A stretch of DNA of 38,416 bases from a virus (Duplodnaviria; Caudoviricetes). The first letter of the stretch is position 1, and every line of letters starts with the position of its first letter. The stretch is from positions 1-38,416 of IMG/VR virus record IMGVR_UViG_3300050160_000020. The stretch is one strand, 5' to 3'. The position numbers were made by a program, and so were the translations under genes. Positions 14,471-23,826 of this stretch are shown piece after piece. Under the pieces are notes generated by a model. The model had not been told where the DNA came from. It ran no database searches and worked only from the letters and a program-made list of their open reading frames with translations.

Positions 14471-14494
14471 AGTTGATTCCTTTACACTGTAGGC

Positions 14495-14662
14495 ATGACG
14501 CCCGAACAAATCTCATTCGCTATCGCGCTAATTTTAAAGCCACTAGCAGCGGCTCTAATACTATGCTTCTTGTATTTCATCAGAATCATGGTTATTCGTC
14601 ATTTTCCTGAGTGTTGGTTGAAACGCTTATTCTTGATTCGCCTGAATAAGCCCCGGCACTGA
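14495..14662 (+). CDS. Small antisense membrane protein (55 aa), candidate superinfection exclusion factor
   Basis: MTPEQISFAIALILKPLAAALILCFLYFIRIMVIRHFPECWLKRLFLIRL; TACACT (14483-14488) 6 nt before the ATG. Confidence 0.55.
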   Translation: MTPEQISFAIALILKPLAAALILCFLYFIRIMVIRHFPECWLKRLFLIRLNKPRH

Positions 14663-16513
14663 GGAACCGATAGCCGCACCGCCTCTGCGAAGCCCTTGAA
14701 CTAGCGCTTGCATTTGTGGCGTAACCATTCCGGCTTCCATTAATCGAGCAGCTTCCCGAGGGTCTAACAGGCTTTGTGCAAGTTGCGCAGCCATGCGTTC
14801 ATTGGCATCACGGTAAACCACTTGCCCTGCTTTTTGTGCAAGGTTTCCAACTACTCCAAGCGGCGCAAAGTTAGTCACCATTGCAGGCAATCCGCTTTGC
14901 TGCATCATGTTGCTAAACGCCATTTTTTGTACGGTGTCAGAGCCTACGCCACGGCCTGCGGTTTCGGCAAAGTTAGCCCGTGCCAAGTCATCTTTTAGCG
15001 CATTCATGGATTGAAGCTGTGCAGGCTCCAATGTGTTTTCAAGCGTTGCGCCTTTGAATCCGGTAGCAGTCTGCGCAGTCTCATCACTCAGTTTTCGCGC
15101 AAATTGCGATGGCATGATTTTGCCAGTTAGCGGATTGACAGCACCCATCAATTCCTCACCCACCGCCATCTGATTAATAGGGCGTGAGGCTTGCTGATAG
15201 GCTTCGCGTGAAGCACCGTAAACAGGGGATATGGCGTCCATCTCTTTGGTAAGAGTGGTTTTCATATCCATCAAAGCAGACTTTGCATTGCGTCCTAGTG
15301 CGTTTGTAGCAGTAGGCTCCAAGGCATCATCAATGGCTAGTTTGAGATAGTGTAGTCCATCAATAGAGGTTAAAGGATTGCCAATATCGACACCCTTATC
15401 TGCAGCCATGCGTTTTGCATCATTGATAAACCCAGCGAATGAAGGCCGCTTTGCCAAGTCTTCTAGGGCTTTAGTTGGACGAATAGCCATCGCTGCGGAT
15501 TGCGCTTCGGTTCTTACAGGTGCATTACCAAGTGAACCTAGGCCAGCAAATTGAGCGTCTTTTGCGATCTGGTCTTGAATGGACAACTCTCGGCGCATTA
15601 AGTCAGAATTACGCGCACGGCTATATGCCACCTCTGCCGCACCTTGTCGGGCTTGCAATGCCGCCTCTTTTGCTGTTTTGTCGCCAGCCAGATTGCGCAG
15701 CGCAGCAATACGCGCATCATTGTTGGCGGCCTGACGTGCGGCCACTTGATTCATGGCCACGGGGTCTGCGGCAGTAGCTGTGCGCTGTAGTGCTGCGATG
15801 CCGGGGTTATTTGCAGCTTCGGCAGCGGTAGGCAGTGAGCCTGGAACTAGCTCTTGTGCACCCCGTAGATTGCGGACTACCTCATCAGCATTGCCGCCCG
15901 AAGCCGTGCGCAGTGTACGCCCCATGATGGCGTTGCGTCCACCTTCATAAAGCGGGTCAATAAACGACTTTGCCACTTGAGCGCCGCGCACTGCAATAGG
16001 AACCGCTGCGCCAGCACCCGCACCGATAGCCACGTTTTTAAATCGCTCACCCGCGCTTGTACCGGGTTGCAATGCTCCATATGCAGCACCAACGGCAGCG
16101 GAGCCAGGGATAGTTGCAGCACCGGGGATAAATGCAGCGGGAGCAGCAGCAACAACGTTGCCGGTTATGTTGCCAGCCATACCAGCGCCGGTATTCATCA
16201 AAGGCGCATCAAGGTTGCGGCTTTCTTGAATCTGCTCATTAGACAAACCACCCATGCCTTGAGGCAAGTATTGCCTTACGCCTCGGGCAATGTCGTATCC
16301 AGCTTTGCCCATGCCAGCAAAGAATTTGTCAGTGCCGCTCATGCCTACGGTAGGGGCATACTTTGCGCGGTCTTCCTCTAGGTTCTTTGCCGCCCTTGTC
16401 GCCTTGTCTTCTTTGGTTGCGGATAGTAGAGCCAAACCAGCATCAGAGACTTTAGACAAGTCGCCAGATTGCAGCGCCATCAAATCGGCATCAGATAGCT
16501 TGGTTAAATCCAT
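14627..16513 (-). CDS. Large internal virion (DNA ejection) protein
   Basis: Ala/Gly-rich hydrophobic stretches, helical; lies between tail and fibre genes. Confidence 0.75.
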   Translation of the reverse strand: MDLTKLSDADLMALQSGDLSKVSDAGLALLSATKEDKATRAAKNLEEDRAKYAPTVGMSGTDKFFAGMGKAGYDIARGVRQYLPQGMGGLSNEQIQESRNLDAPLMNTGAGMAGNITGNVVAAAPAAFIPGAATIPGSAAVGAAYGALQPGTSAGERFKNVAIGAGAGAAVPIAVRGAQVAKSFIDPLYEGGRNAIMGRTLRTASGGNADEVVRNLRGAQELVPGSLPTAAEAANNPGIAALQRTATAADPVAMNQVAARQAANNDARIAALRNLAGDKTAKEAALQARQGAAEVAYSRARNSDLMRRELSIQDQIAKDAQFAGLGSLGNAPVRTEAQSAAMAIRPTKALEDLAKRPSFAGFINDAKRMAADKGVDIGNPLTSIDGLHYLKLAIDDALEPTATNALGRNAKSALMDMKTTLTKEMDAISPVYGASREAYQQASRPINQMAVGEELMGAVNPLTGKIMPSQFARKLSDETAQTATGFKGATLENTLEPAQLQSMNALKDDLARANFAETAGRGVGSDTVQKMAFSNMMQQSGLPAMVTNFAPLGVVGNLAQKAGQVVYRDANERMAAQLAQSLLDPREAARLMEAGMVTPQMQALVQGLRRGGAAIGSSVPGLIQANQE

Positions 16514-17868
16514 TACTTACCACCTTTCCGGCGTGCAATCTCTGCGGCAATAGCACCAGCATCAGGAACCGTTGGAGCGCTTGGAGTGCCTTGTTCAAAG
16601 ATATTGAACCCACCCAATCCACGCTTTTCTCGTGCGTAGCTGTCTGCACGGTTGTACAAGCCAATAGACTTGCCAGCCTGCTTTTCCATCCAATCTGTAA
16701 GCTGTGCGCGAGCCGCTGCGCTTTGTCCGAGTTGCGGAACTGTTTTCTCGATAAATTCACGGTCAGCGTTAGACGGGTTAGCGCCCAATGCCTTCACACG
16801 GTCAAGAATCAGCTTACTTGCTTCTGCGTTGTAAACCTGAGAACCGACAAGCCCCTTCGGTGCAATTCCAGTCCAGCCCTCGATCATGTTTGCAATGCCG
16901 AGGCGGGTATTTGCACCACCGCCAGAATATGCGCCTGCTTTTTCAGCATCGCGCAGATTTTGAACCGTAGCCAATACGCTCTGAGCCGTTTGTGCAGCAT
17001 CACGCCATTTTCCAAGCTGCTCGGCGTCCATTTTGCCTAGTTCAGTGTCAAAGGCTTTAGGGCCAGCATTAATAACAGTGTTGTTAGTAGAAGACTTGCC
17101 AGCGGCTGCAATGCGAGATTTAGCGCCAATCAATGCCTCATTAGGAACCCATTTTCCTGTAACGGTGTCTTTAATAATCAAATCGCTTGCAACGTCTACT
17201 TGTTTTTCAACGGGTGCGCCAATCGGCTTTCCAGTAATGGAGTCAACCAATTGCCCGTTAATCACTACGCCTTTGTTTTTCCCATAGTTTTGGGACTCGT
17301 AATAGGCTTTTACAGTGTCGGCAGGTACACCCGCTGCAATGGCTTCTTGTGGTGTTTTTGCTGCTTGCAATACACCCATGATGCGCTGGTTTTCTTGTTG
17401 CGCTTGCAGTCGTTTAGCTTGCTCTTGTGCAGAGGTAAGCGCCCCCTGCATCCCCATTTGCTGGAACTGAGGGAACTGCGAGCCAGCCGCAACACGATAG
17501 AACTCATCCATGCTTCCAGCTTTAGCAGGCATCTGCACCGGCGCGTTTAAGTTGCCTTCGTCGTCATTAGGCGTGAGAGGTTGCACAGTCTCTGCGGGTT
17601 TACCACGTAGCGCGGTAATCATCGCGTTCATGTCGCCTTGCATGGCTGCTTGTTTCTTTGCTTGCAGGTCTTGTGCTTCCTGTCCTGCCATTTCAGCATC
17701 ACGCGCACCGCTTACGCCGCGCAATCCAGCCGCAATGTATTGGAGCGCGTTAGGCGCAACAAATCGCCCGCTAACCATCTGGCCTTGAGGCGTTTCAAAG
17801 CCTGTATTGGCGTTCTTTTGTCGCAGTAATGCGGCTTGGATTTGCTGATCGTAGTCCATTAAATCCAC
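16513..17868 (-). CDS. Internal virion (ejection) protein
   Basis: PQGQMVSGRFVAP motif, Gln/Ala rich, synteny. Confidence 0.75.
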   Translation of the reverse strand: MDLMDYDQQIQAALLRQKNANTGFETPQGQMVSGRFVAPNALQYIAAGLRGVSGARDAEMAGQEAQDLQAKKQAAMQGDMNAMITALRGKPAETVQPLTPNDDEGNLNAPVQMPAKAGSMDEFYRVAAGSQFPQFQQMGMQGALTSAQEQAKRLQAQQENQRIMGVLQAAKTPQEAIAAGVPADTVKAYYESQNYGKNKGVVINGQLVDSITGKPIGAPVEKQVDVASDLIIKDTVTGKWVPNEALIGAKSRIAAAGKSSTNNTVINAGPKAFDTELGKMDAEQLGKWRDAAQTAQSVLATVQNLRDAEKAGAYSGGGANTRLGIANMIEGWTGIAPKGLVGSQVYNAEASKLILDRVKALGANPSNADREFIEKTVPQLGQSAAARAQLTDWMEKQAGKSIGLYNRADSYAREKRGLGGFNIFEQGTPSAPTVPDAGAIAAEIARRKGGK

Positions 17869-18713
17869 CCTGCCTTCTTAAACAATCCACTACCTACGGT
17901 AGCGCCGCCGCCTGTACCCAAGCCTAAGATGCCTGAGCCGATACCAAATAGACCGCTAGTGAGGCCGCTAGTGCCTGCGTTTGCCGCATTAGTAGCCGCG
18001 ATGTCTGCGTCATATTGCGACTGAGCAGCGCCAAGGTAATTTGCGCCCTGAGTCTGGCCTTGCTGTGCGTAGCTCTGGAACTGTGGCGACTGCACCTGCG
18101 CGCCTGAGCGTAGGGCGTTTACCAAGTTAAGAGGCCGGTCTTGGACGTATGCCTGTTCCTGCAATGCACTTGCGCGGTTTGCTTGGTCTAGACTGATACC
18201 TTGGAGAGCTGCTTGTAATTGGAGGTCATTGGAGCGTTGGCCTTGCGCGGTCATCTCTTTGCCGTAAGCGTCAGAGCCTAGGGTGATGCCTTGGTTTGCC
18301 AGTCGCGTGCGTAGCGCCTCGTCTTGTTGTGACAATTGGGGCTGTAGGCGCGACATGATTGCTTCTTGCGCTGTTTTTCCCACGTCAATCGCACGACTAG
18401 GCAATTGCGACATATCCAATTCAGGATTTGACAAAAGCCCTTGTACCTTGTCAAAACCTTGAGAGGCTGTATCGGCGTATTTGTCCGATAGCGCCATTTG
18501 TTTGTCTAGCGTTGCCTGAGCTTGTGGCGTGAGGGTCTGGGTTTGATTCCACGTACCATCGCCGTTTTCTTGGTAGGTCAGGTTGCCGTATGGGGTGTAT
18601 TGGTTGACCCGATTGGCCTTGGTAGCGTATTTAGCCGCCTCAAGGTTGCCTGCTGCGGTTTTCTCTGCTGCTGCTGTGTAGTCAGGTGCTGCGGGAGCTG
18701 CCGATTTACCCAT
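17859..18713 (-). CDS. Internal virion / DNA transfer (pilot) protein
   Basis: MGKS.APAAPDY, NRVNQYTPYG, Gly-rich C-terminus. Confidence 0.75.
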   Translation of the reverse strand: MGKSAAPAAPDYTAAAEKTAAGNLEAAKYATKANRVNQYTPYGNLTYQENGDGTWNQTQTLTPQAQATLDKQMALSDKYADTASQGFDKVQGLLSNPELDMSQLPSRAIDVGKTAQEAIMSRLQPQLSQQDEALRTRLANQGITLGSDAYGKEMTAQGQRSNDLQLQAALQGISLDQANRASALQEQAYVQDRPLNLVNALRSGAQVQSPQFQSYAQQGQTQGANYLGAAQSQYDADIAATNAANAGTSGLTSGLFGIGSGILGLGTGGGATVGSGLFKKAGWI

Positions 18714-19137
18714 GGTATCTATCCTTCAAAAACTTGCAATCGGATTTAAACATCCGGTATATAAGCAAATCAGAATCAGGGATAGCCTGAGCTAGTGTTG
18801 CCTCAAGTGTAAACCCTAATCTGTCCATTAACAATCTGCTTTTTATGTTGTTTCCTGCTACGGGTGCGCTAATCCGGTTAACGCCTAGTTGCTCAAATGG
18901 GTAATGGAAAATCAAACCCAAAAACCCCCTAGTCGCCCACCCTTCCTCACCAGCGATATGACAGACAATATTGGCCTTTGTGTAGTCCTCATAAAGAACC
19001 CCCGCCACTAACTCACCGTCTTTTAGTCTGCCTATCGCAGTCCCCCTACCCTTGCACCAGTGGCCACCAGTTTTTGCAGATACCCACGGGCCGACTAGAT
19101 CGGCGTCGAATGTGACTTCGTTCCCGTAGACTTTCAA
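18706..19137 (-). CDS. GNAT-family acetyltransferase (virion-assembly associated)
   Basis: YPFEQLGVNRI...N.KS..L..RLGFTLE; lies between tail tubular and internal protein genes. Confidence 0.8.
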   Translation of the reverse strand: MKVYGNEVTFDADLVGPWVSAKTGGHWCKGRGTAIGRLKDGELVAGVLYEDYTKANIVCHIAGEEGWATRGFLGLIFHYPFEQLGVNRISAPVAGNNIKSRLLMDRLGFTLEATLAQAIPDSDLLIYRMFKSDCKFLKDRYHG

Positions 19138-20657
19138 AGTACGCTCTGTCCTTGCTGCATGAGATAGTCTATATTCGTAAACCGCACGTCTGAGCCGTTA
19201 TTCTGGATTTTAAGACGTACCGCCGCAGAGTTACACACGGCCCCTACTGTTTGCCACGCTGTGATGCCTGTCAGGCCACCGCCCCAAACCATCGAACCCC
19301 ATACCATTGAACCCCAAACCATACCGGTAGGAGGTGTGTAGCTTAGTGAGCCTTGAGGGTCTGACAGATTGAAGTCGGTATTCAGCCCGTAAAGCACGGA
19401 GGGGTTTCCTGTACTCTGGAGATAAGGCCGCACCATCGTGAAGTATTTATTCCGCGCTTTGTTGCCAAAGTAGTTGAAGGCAGGAAGCACATCAGCCTGA
19501 ATGGGCACGGTCACATCTAGGTTACCAGTCCATGCCTTTTTGATAGAGTTTCCATCGCCGTAATAAAGGCCTGTCGCAGCATTTAGCCAAACGGTCGCAT
19601 TCCAGCCGGTTAGCTTAGTCCAAGCGCCTGTAATCGTGTTTTGTGCATACTGATAATTCATGCCGTTACCCGCTGGCACGTTTAATATCAGCATGTTGTT
19701 GTCAGGGTATTGGCACAACTGCCAGCCGTAGTTACCTGAGTACGAGTTAGCAGCTTGACTGACGGAGTTTTGAATCTTGTCTGTCAGAGCCACGCGCCTA
19801 TCAACGGAGGAAGACAAAAGCCCCTTACCCAGAGGGAATACGCCTTCCATACAGTTAATCGCTAGATCACCGCCAAATTTGATACCGCACCGACGCCCCA
19901 AAGGTCTGCCAAGGGTAAACACCCCGACTAGGTTCCATGCAGATGCGCTAGAAGGGTCTGTGCCAGAGTAAACAGCCACTTCGCCGTTTGTACTGATAAT
20001 AACAAAATGGTCATCCGAGCCGGAGCCTGCGTCAATAGTCCACGTATAGCATGCCTGAATTGACCCGCCCAGACGAAAGATAGAACCTAGGTCGATAGAC
20101 GAAGCCGCACCGCCCACGGAGTTCACCGGCAGATACCAAACCCGCATCGAGTTTGTCTCTACGAAGAAAAGCCGGTTTTTGAATAGCTGCGCGTGAACTA
20201 GGGTCGTAGTAGTTACGCCAGTGATAGCGGGGCTAGACGCGCCGGTAATGGTCGTCCATGTGGTTCCATTCCACAGACGGGGAGAATCCACCCCGTTCAC
20301 CATGTAAAGGAAAGAACCGCCCGGAGTAGTAATCTGCGCGTGTTGCCAGCGAGCGTTAGTCAATCCAGTCTGTACAGCCGCACCCACTGCGCCTGCCGTG
20401 GTGACGTTATAGAACGAAGTGCCAGCCGCTGCGAATAGCGTTGAAGCGCCGGTTGTAGGCAGATACTCTACCAGTGTCTCTACGGTTGCAGGAAGGCCCG
20501 TTACGTGGCTTGCAGAGCCTTTGCGGATAGCGAGATAAGACGGATAGGGCCACCAGTTCTCTAAAACTACGGCATCGCTAGTTGGCATGTCTGCGATACC
20601 GTCCCTGTCGTTTAGGCCTCCAACGGGCGCGGGTATGGATGTTGCCGAGGCTTTCAT
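19134..20657 (-). CDS. Tail tubular protein B / DNA-stabilisation (nozzle) protein
   Basis: PAPVGGLN.RD N-terminus, beta-propeller-like composition, YSGTDP, synteny. Confidence 0.8.
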   Translation of the reverse strand: MKASATSIPAPVGGLNDRDGIADMPTSDAVVLENWWPYPSYLAIRKGSASHVTGLPATVETLVEYLPTTGASTLFAAAGTSFYNVTTAGAVGAAVQTGLTNARWQHAQITTPGGSFLYMVNGVDSPRLWNGTTWTTITGASSPAITGVTTTTLVHAQLFKNRLFFVETNSMRVWYLPVNSVGGAASSIDLGSIFRLGGSIQACYTWTIDAGSGSDDHFVIISTNGEVAVYSGTDPSSASAWNLVGVFTLGRPLGRRCGIKFGGDLAINCMEGVFPLGKGLLSSSVDRRVALTDKIQNSVSQAANSYSGNYGWQLCQYPDNNMLILNVPAGNGMNYQYAQNTITGAWTKLTGWNATVWLNAATGLYYGDGNSIKKAWTGNLDVTVPIQADVLPAFNYFGNKARNKYFTMVRPYLQSTGNPSVLYGLNTDFNLSDPQGSLSYTPPTGMVWGSMVWGSMVWGGGLTGITAWQTVGAVCNSAAVRLKIQNNGSDVRFTNIDYLMQQGQSVL

Positions 20658-20917
20658 TTAACGCCCTTCATCAATCCCAAAGGCATAACGCCGCCGATAA
20701 CTTCACCGGCCATTTTTGGCATGCCTTCTTTAACGGGTGCAGTTAGACCTTGAGCAGCCATCCATTCCTCACCGCCGACTGGTTGATTGACGTTTAGGCC
20801 AGCCTTGCGCAGTGCCCATGCGATTGCATCAACGGGTGCAGATACGTTTGTTGCAAGCGTGTTTGACGCGCTTTGCGCTGTGTCTCGCAAGGCTTGAATG
20901 ATTGCTTTTTTGTCCAT
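20654..20917 (-). CDS. Small putative virion protein
   Basis: MDKKAIIQALR; APVD..AW.L...G...PVGG.EW. Confidence 0.65.
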   Translation of the reverse strand: MDKKAIIQALRDTAQSASNTLATNVSAPVDAIAWALRKAGLNVNQPVGGEEWMAAQGLTAPVKEGMPKMAGEVIGGVMPLGLMKGVK

Positions 20918-20934
20918 GGCTTACCCCAACGTCT

Positions 20935-21030
20935 TGTTATAATGCAGTTTCATGGCTAGGTTTGCTCCCGAAAACCAGTCGCTCCACTGGCTGCCATGAA
21001 TTTTACATTTTGGAGCGTTGCTAGGAGCAA
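20935..21030 (+). promoter_or_regulatory. Extended -10 promoter (TGTTATAAT) and structured leader with two anti-SD segments upstream of the NUMOD4-HNH gene
   Basis: Stem TTCATGGC(20949)/GCCATGAA(21000); TTGCTCC and CGCTCC complementary to GGAGCAA (21024) and GGAGCG (21012). Confidence 0.65.
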
Positions 21031-21034
21031 CAAC

Positions 21035-21568
21035 ATGGAAGAAATCTGGAAAGCCGTGCCCGATTACGAGGGTCTTTACGAAGTATCCAACTTTGGAAAA
21101 GTTAGAAGCCTTGACCGAATGGGGTTTTCTAAAAACGGAAAATTGACTAAGCCTCTTTTTGGACAAGTTATTAGCCAATGCAATGGAACACTTGGAAGAA
21201 AACAAGTGCGTCTTTCCAAAGACAAGAAGGCCAAGAATTTTAGAGTCCATAGGCTTGTATTGCTTGCTTTCGTTGGCCCATGTCCAGAAGGCATGGAATG
21301 CTGTCATTCCGATGGAAATCCATCCAACAATATGCTTAGCAATTTGAGATATGACACTAGGCTGTCCAATGCGCTTGACCGATACAAGCATGGCACCGTT
21401 CCATTTGGCTCCAAAAGCAAAAACGCAAAACTGACGGAAGATACCGCGCGTCAAATCTTGGAAAAATTCCAGAATGGAGAAAAAGGCTCCAAGTTGGCTA
21501 AAGAGTATGGAGTAACACATGCCCTTGTTAGCTTGCTTTGTAAGCGCAGAATATGGCGTCATCTTTAG
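21035..21568 (+). CDS. NUMOD4-HNH homing endonuclease, antisense insertion
   Basis: EIWKAVPDYEGLYEVSNFGKVRS (NUMOD4); VHRLVL.AF..CH.DGN..NN...NL; C-terminal HTH. Confidence 0.92.
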   Translation: MEEIWKAVPDYEGLYEVSNFGKVRSLDRMGFSKNGKLTKPLFGQVISQCNGTLGRKQVRLSKDKKAKNFRVHRLVLLAFVGPCPEGMECCHSDGNPSNNMLSNLRYDTRLSNALDRYKHGTVPFGSKSKNAKLTEDTARQILEKFQNGEKGSKLAKEYGVTHALVSLLCKRRIWRHL

Positions 21569-22458
21569 CCAATCCACGAGCCATCTGGAATGTTTGCGGT
21601 AGTCAGTAGCACTGAGCCGCCAATAGGTGAAAGAGACAATTTAGGGTAGCTTTTATCTTGAGACTTATTGTTCTCAAGTAAGCCCCTAAACTCAGCCAAA
21701 TCAAAGGATGCGTCCAAGCCCTTGGCTTCTTTCCATTTTGTCTTGAGGCCAGTAATAAGCAAGCTGTCGGTGAAAATGAAAGTGTCACTGTCAGAAGCGA
21801 ACGCTGTCTGAGCCACGCCGCCAGCAGAGTAAATCCATGCCTTAGAAATATACTCAAAACCAAAAACCAGTCCATTAGGCGGGGGAGGATTGATTGCATA
21901 GGTATTGCCGACAATACGGAATCGCTCACGGGGGCCAGCATACACAATTCCGGATTTGAACGACTGCCAATCCTGCGCGGACTGCGGCCCCATCAGAGGC
22001 CAGCGGTTAGTCCTGTCCCACTCCGTCTGCGGAATCTCCCTATCCCAATCAGAAGGCAGGTTGTATTGCACCTGAGAGAGTTGCAGGTCTACAGTGCCCG
22101 ATGCTGTGGCAGGCATGTTCATGGTGACCTGAGTGGCGCTGTCTACAGAGGTAATCTGTGCGAATGGCTCAATACTTACGCCAGCCAATCCAAACTGAGT
22201 CGATAGGCCGGTAGTCGTGATGCCGGTGACTACGTTAGAGCCTTGCACGGTTGTTCCCGTGCGGGAGTAAGCAACGGTCTGTAAGATGTATTCCTTATTC
22301 AGCCGTTGCCACTCAAACTGCTTAATCAGGTCATTACCCAGCCGATACAACAAGGCAGACATTTGACGTGTCTGCGGGTCAGTCGTTCCCACCACAAGGG
22401 AGGGGCGATTGATTGCGAGTTCATCGCATACTTGTTGTATAAGCTGGAGTAATGTCAT
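21565..22458 (-). CDS. Tail tubular protein A / head-tail adaptor
   Basis: MTLLQLIQQVCDEL, Y.LPSDW, FEYISK; synteny. Confidence 0.75.
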   Translation of the reverse strand: MTLLQLIQQVCDELAINRPSLVVGTTDPQTRQMSALLYRLGNDLIKQFEWQRLNKEYILQTVAYSRTGTTVQGSNVVTGITTTGLSTQFGLAGVSIEPFAQITSVDSATQVTMNMPATASGTVDLQLSQVQYNLPSDWDREIPQTEWDRTNRWPLMGPQSAQDWQSFKSGIVYAGPRERFRIVGNTYAINPPPPNGLVFGFEYISKAWIYSAGGVAQTAFASDSDTFIFTDSLLITGLKTKWKEAKGLDASFDLAEFRGLLENNKSQDKSYPKLSLSPIGGSVLLTTANIPDGSWIG

Positions 22459-23024
22459 GATTCAGCCGTTTCCTTTCGTGGGCGTCCCACTTTCTTATCT
22501 TCGCTTACCACTGGAGCGGACAATCGATCTGCCATCAATGCGCGAAGCTCTGCCATCTCTTGACGCAGTTTCTCGTTTTCCAGAGCCTGAGCCGTTGCCG
22601 CTGCGGTGGATTCTGCGACACCTAGATAAGCCTTGGCCTTTTCGCGCAGTTCGCGGAAACCCATGCCCATTTTTTGGCAATGGCTGTCGGTCAGTCCGGC
22701 GAGTTGCTCTACCGTGTGGCATTCAAAGTATTTCGATTCTTTCACCTGTGCGCGGGTGATCTGGGGCCACTGCTCAAGAGGTGTGCCGGTGAAGCCCTGA
22801 GATTCACCGCGCTCGTAATCAGCCCATGCGCGGGGGTATTTGTGTTTGTCCTGCTCAGTGAGTTTTCGCTCAATGATGTTGTTTGTATCGCCGGGGATGG
22901 TGATACGAATAAATGGCATATCTTTAAAGATTGGGCGGCCTGCTTTTTCAGACTCTGCCTTAAGCTCTACAGCCTCCGAATAGACGGTTGCAAATACGTT
23001 GGACTCCAGATGAGGTTGGCTCAT
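22455..23024 (-). CDS. Conserved morphogenesis-region protein
   Basis: GRPIF....I.IPGD, GTPLEQWP, TVEQLA, C-terminal GRPRK. Confidence 0.75.
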   Translation of the reverse strand: MSQPHLESNVFATVYSEAVELKAESEKAGRPIFKDMPFIRITIPGDTNNIIERKLTEQDKHKYPRAWADYERGESQGFTGTPLEQWPQITRAQVKESKYFECHTVEQLAGLTDSHCQKMGMGFRELREKAKAYLGVAESTAAATAQALENEKLRQEMAELRALMADRLSAPVVSEDKKVGRPRKETAES

Positions 23025-23050
23025 GGATTACCTTTCAAAGTTAAAGAGAA

Positions 23051-23070
23051 GATAGCCCCGAAGGGCTACC
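23051..23070 (-). terminator. C(UUCG)G hairpin terminator after the 23074 gene
   Basis: GGTAGCCC-TTCG-GGGCTATC followed by TTCTCTTT. Confidence 0.7.
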
Positions 23071-23073
23071 TTA

Positions 23074-23442
23074 TTATGCCGACAAAACAGCGAACCAGTT
23101 AGCGGAACTTGTAGCCACAAACAAAGCTCGCCCACCAGCGGCAACAGAGAAGCCACCAGTGGTTGCGGTAAGTGCATTAATCTGCGCACCAGTGCCGGGG
23201 TAAACCAGCAAAGCGTTGGCGCCAGAGTTAACTACCACTACCTGAGAACCTTGCTCGGGCAACATCAAACGCACACCTGTGTTCAGCGCGGTTGTGGTTA
23301 CACGATTGATGATCGCAGAGATTTGCAGAGCATCAGCATTGGTTGTACCGGTAGCGGTCAGAGTGTCGGCAACATCGCCGCAGATTTGTACGGCAGCGGA
23401 TGCAGAGTTACCTGCGCCCATTAGACGGGTTGGAATAGCCAT
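23074..23442 (-). CDS. Putative capsid decoration protein
   Basis: Small Ala/Thr/Gly-rich beta protein downstream of the MCP; AAGGAG RBS. Confidence 0.65.
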   Translation of the reverse strand: MAIPTRLMGAGNSASAAVQICGDVADTLTATGTTNADALQISAIINRVTTTALNTGVRLMLPEQGSQVVVVNSGANALLVYPGTGAQINALTATTGGFSVAAGGRALFVATSSANWFAVLSA

Positions 23443-23460
23443 TGTTTACTCCTTAGAGAA

Positions 23461-23476
23461 TGGCCCCGAAGGGCCA
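23461..23476 (-). terminator. C(UUCG)G hairpin after the 23483 gene
   Basis: TGGCCC-TTCG-GGGCCA, weak T tract. Confidence 0.55.
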
Positions 23477-23482
23477 CCCATA

Positions 23483-23779
23483 TTAGACAGAAGCCACGGA
23501 CACCCAGAGGCGATCACCAGTCGCCGCGGCAACCGCGGGGGACAAGTAAGAGCCACCAGAGGCAGTCAGCAAGAATGTAGTCGTGTTGACTGTGCAAACG
23601 GCAGTCGATGCGGGAATGGAGGCGTTAGCCTGCACGTACACATAACGACGACCGTTAGAACCGAACACCTGAGAACCCAAACGGGCATCAGTCACTTTAC
23701 CGGCGGCAATATCAGCAGCCAGAGTGATAGTGTTCAAGTCAGCGCCTACGCTGGGGGTAATGGAAAATGGAGCAGCCAT
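23483..23779 (-). CDS. Putative capsid cement/decoration protein
   Basis: LG....G.NGRRYVYVQA; immediately after the MCP. Confidence 0.7.
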   Translation of the reverse strand: MAAPFSITPSVGADLNTITLAADIAAGKVTDARLGSQVFGSNGRRYVYVQANASIPASTAVCTVNTTTFLLTASGGSYLSPAVAAATGDRLWVSVASV

Positions 23780-23804
23780 GATAAATTCCTTTCGATGTTA
23801 AATA

Positions 23805-23825
23805 GGAAGGGCCGAAGCCCTATCC
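23805..23825 (-). terminator. C(UUCG)G hairpin after the major capsid gene
   Basis: AGGGC-TTCG-GCCCT followed by TCCTATTT. Confidence 0.6.
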
Positions 23826-23826
23826 A

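Noticed and set aside
13874-14509. 211-aa minus-strand ORF
   Set aside because: Only the MSRNGSGG stub is meaningful; the rest is the antisense of the HNH gene
20921-21577. 218-aa minus-strand ORF
   Set aside because: Antisense to a clear NUMOD4-HNH gene and not protein-like
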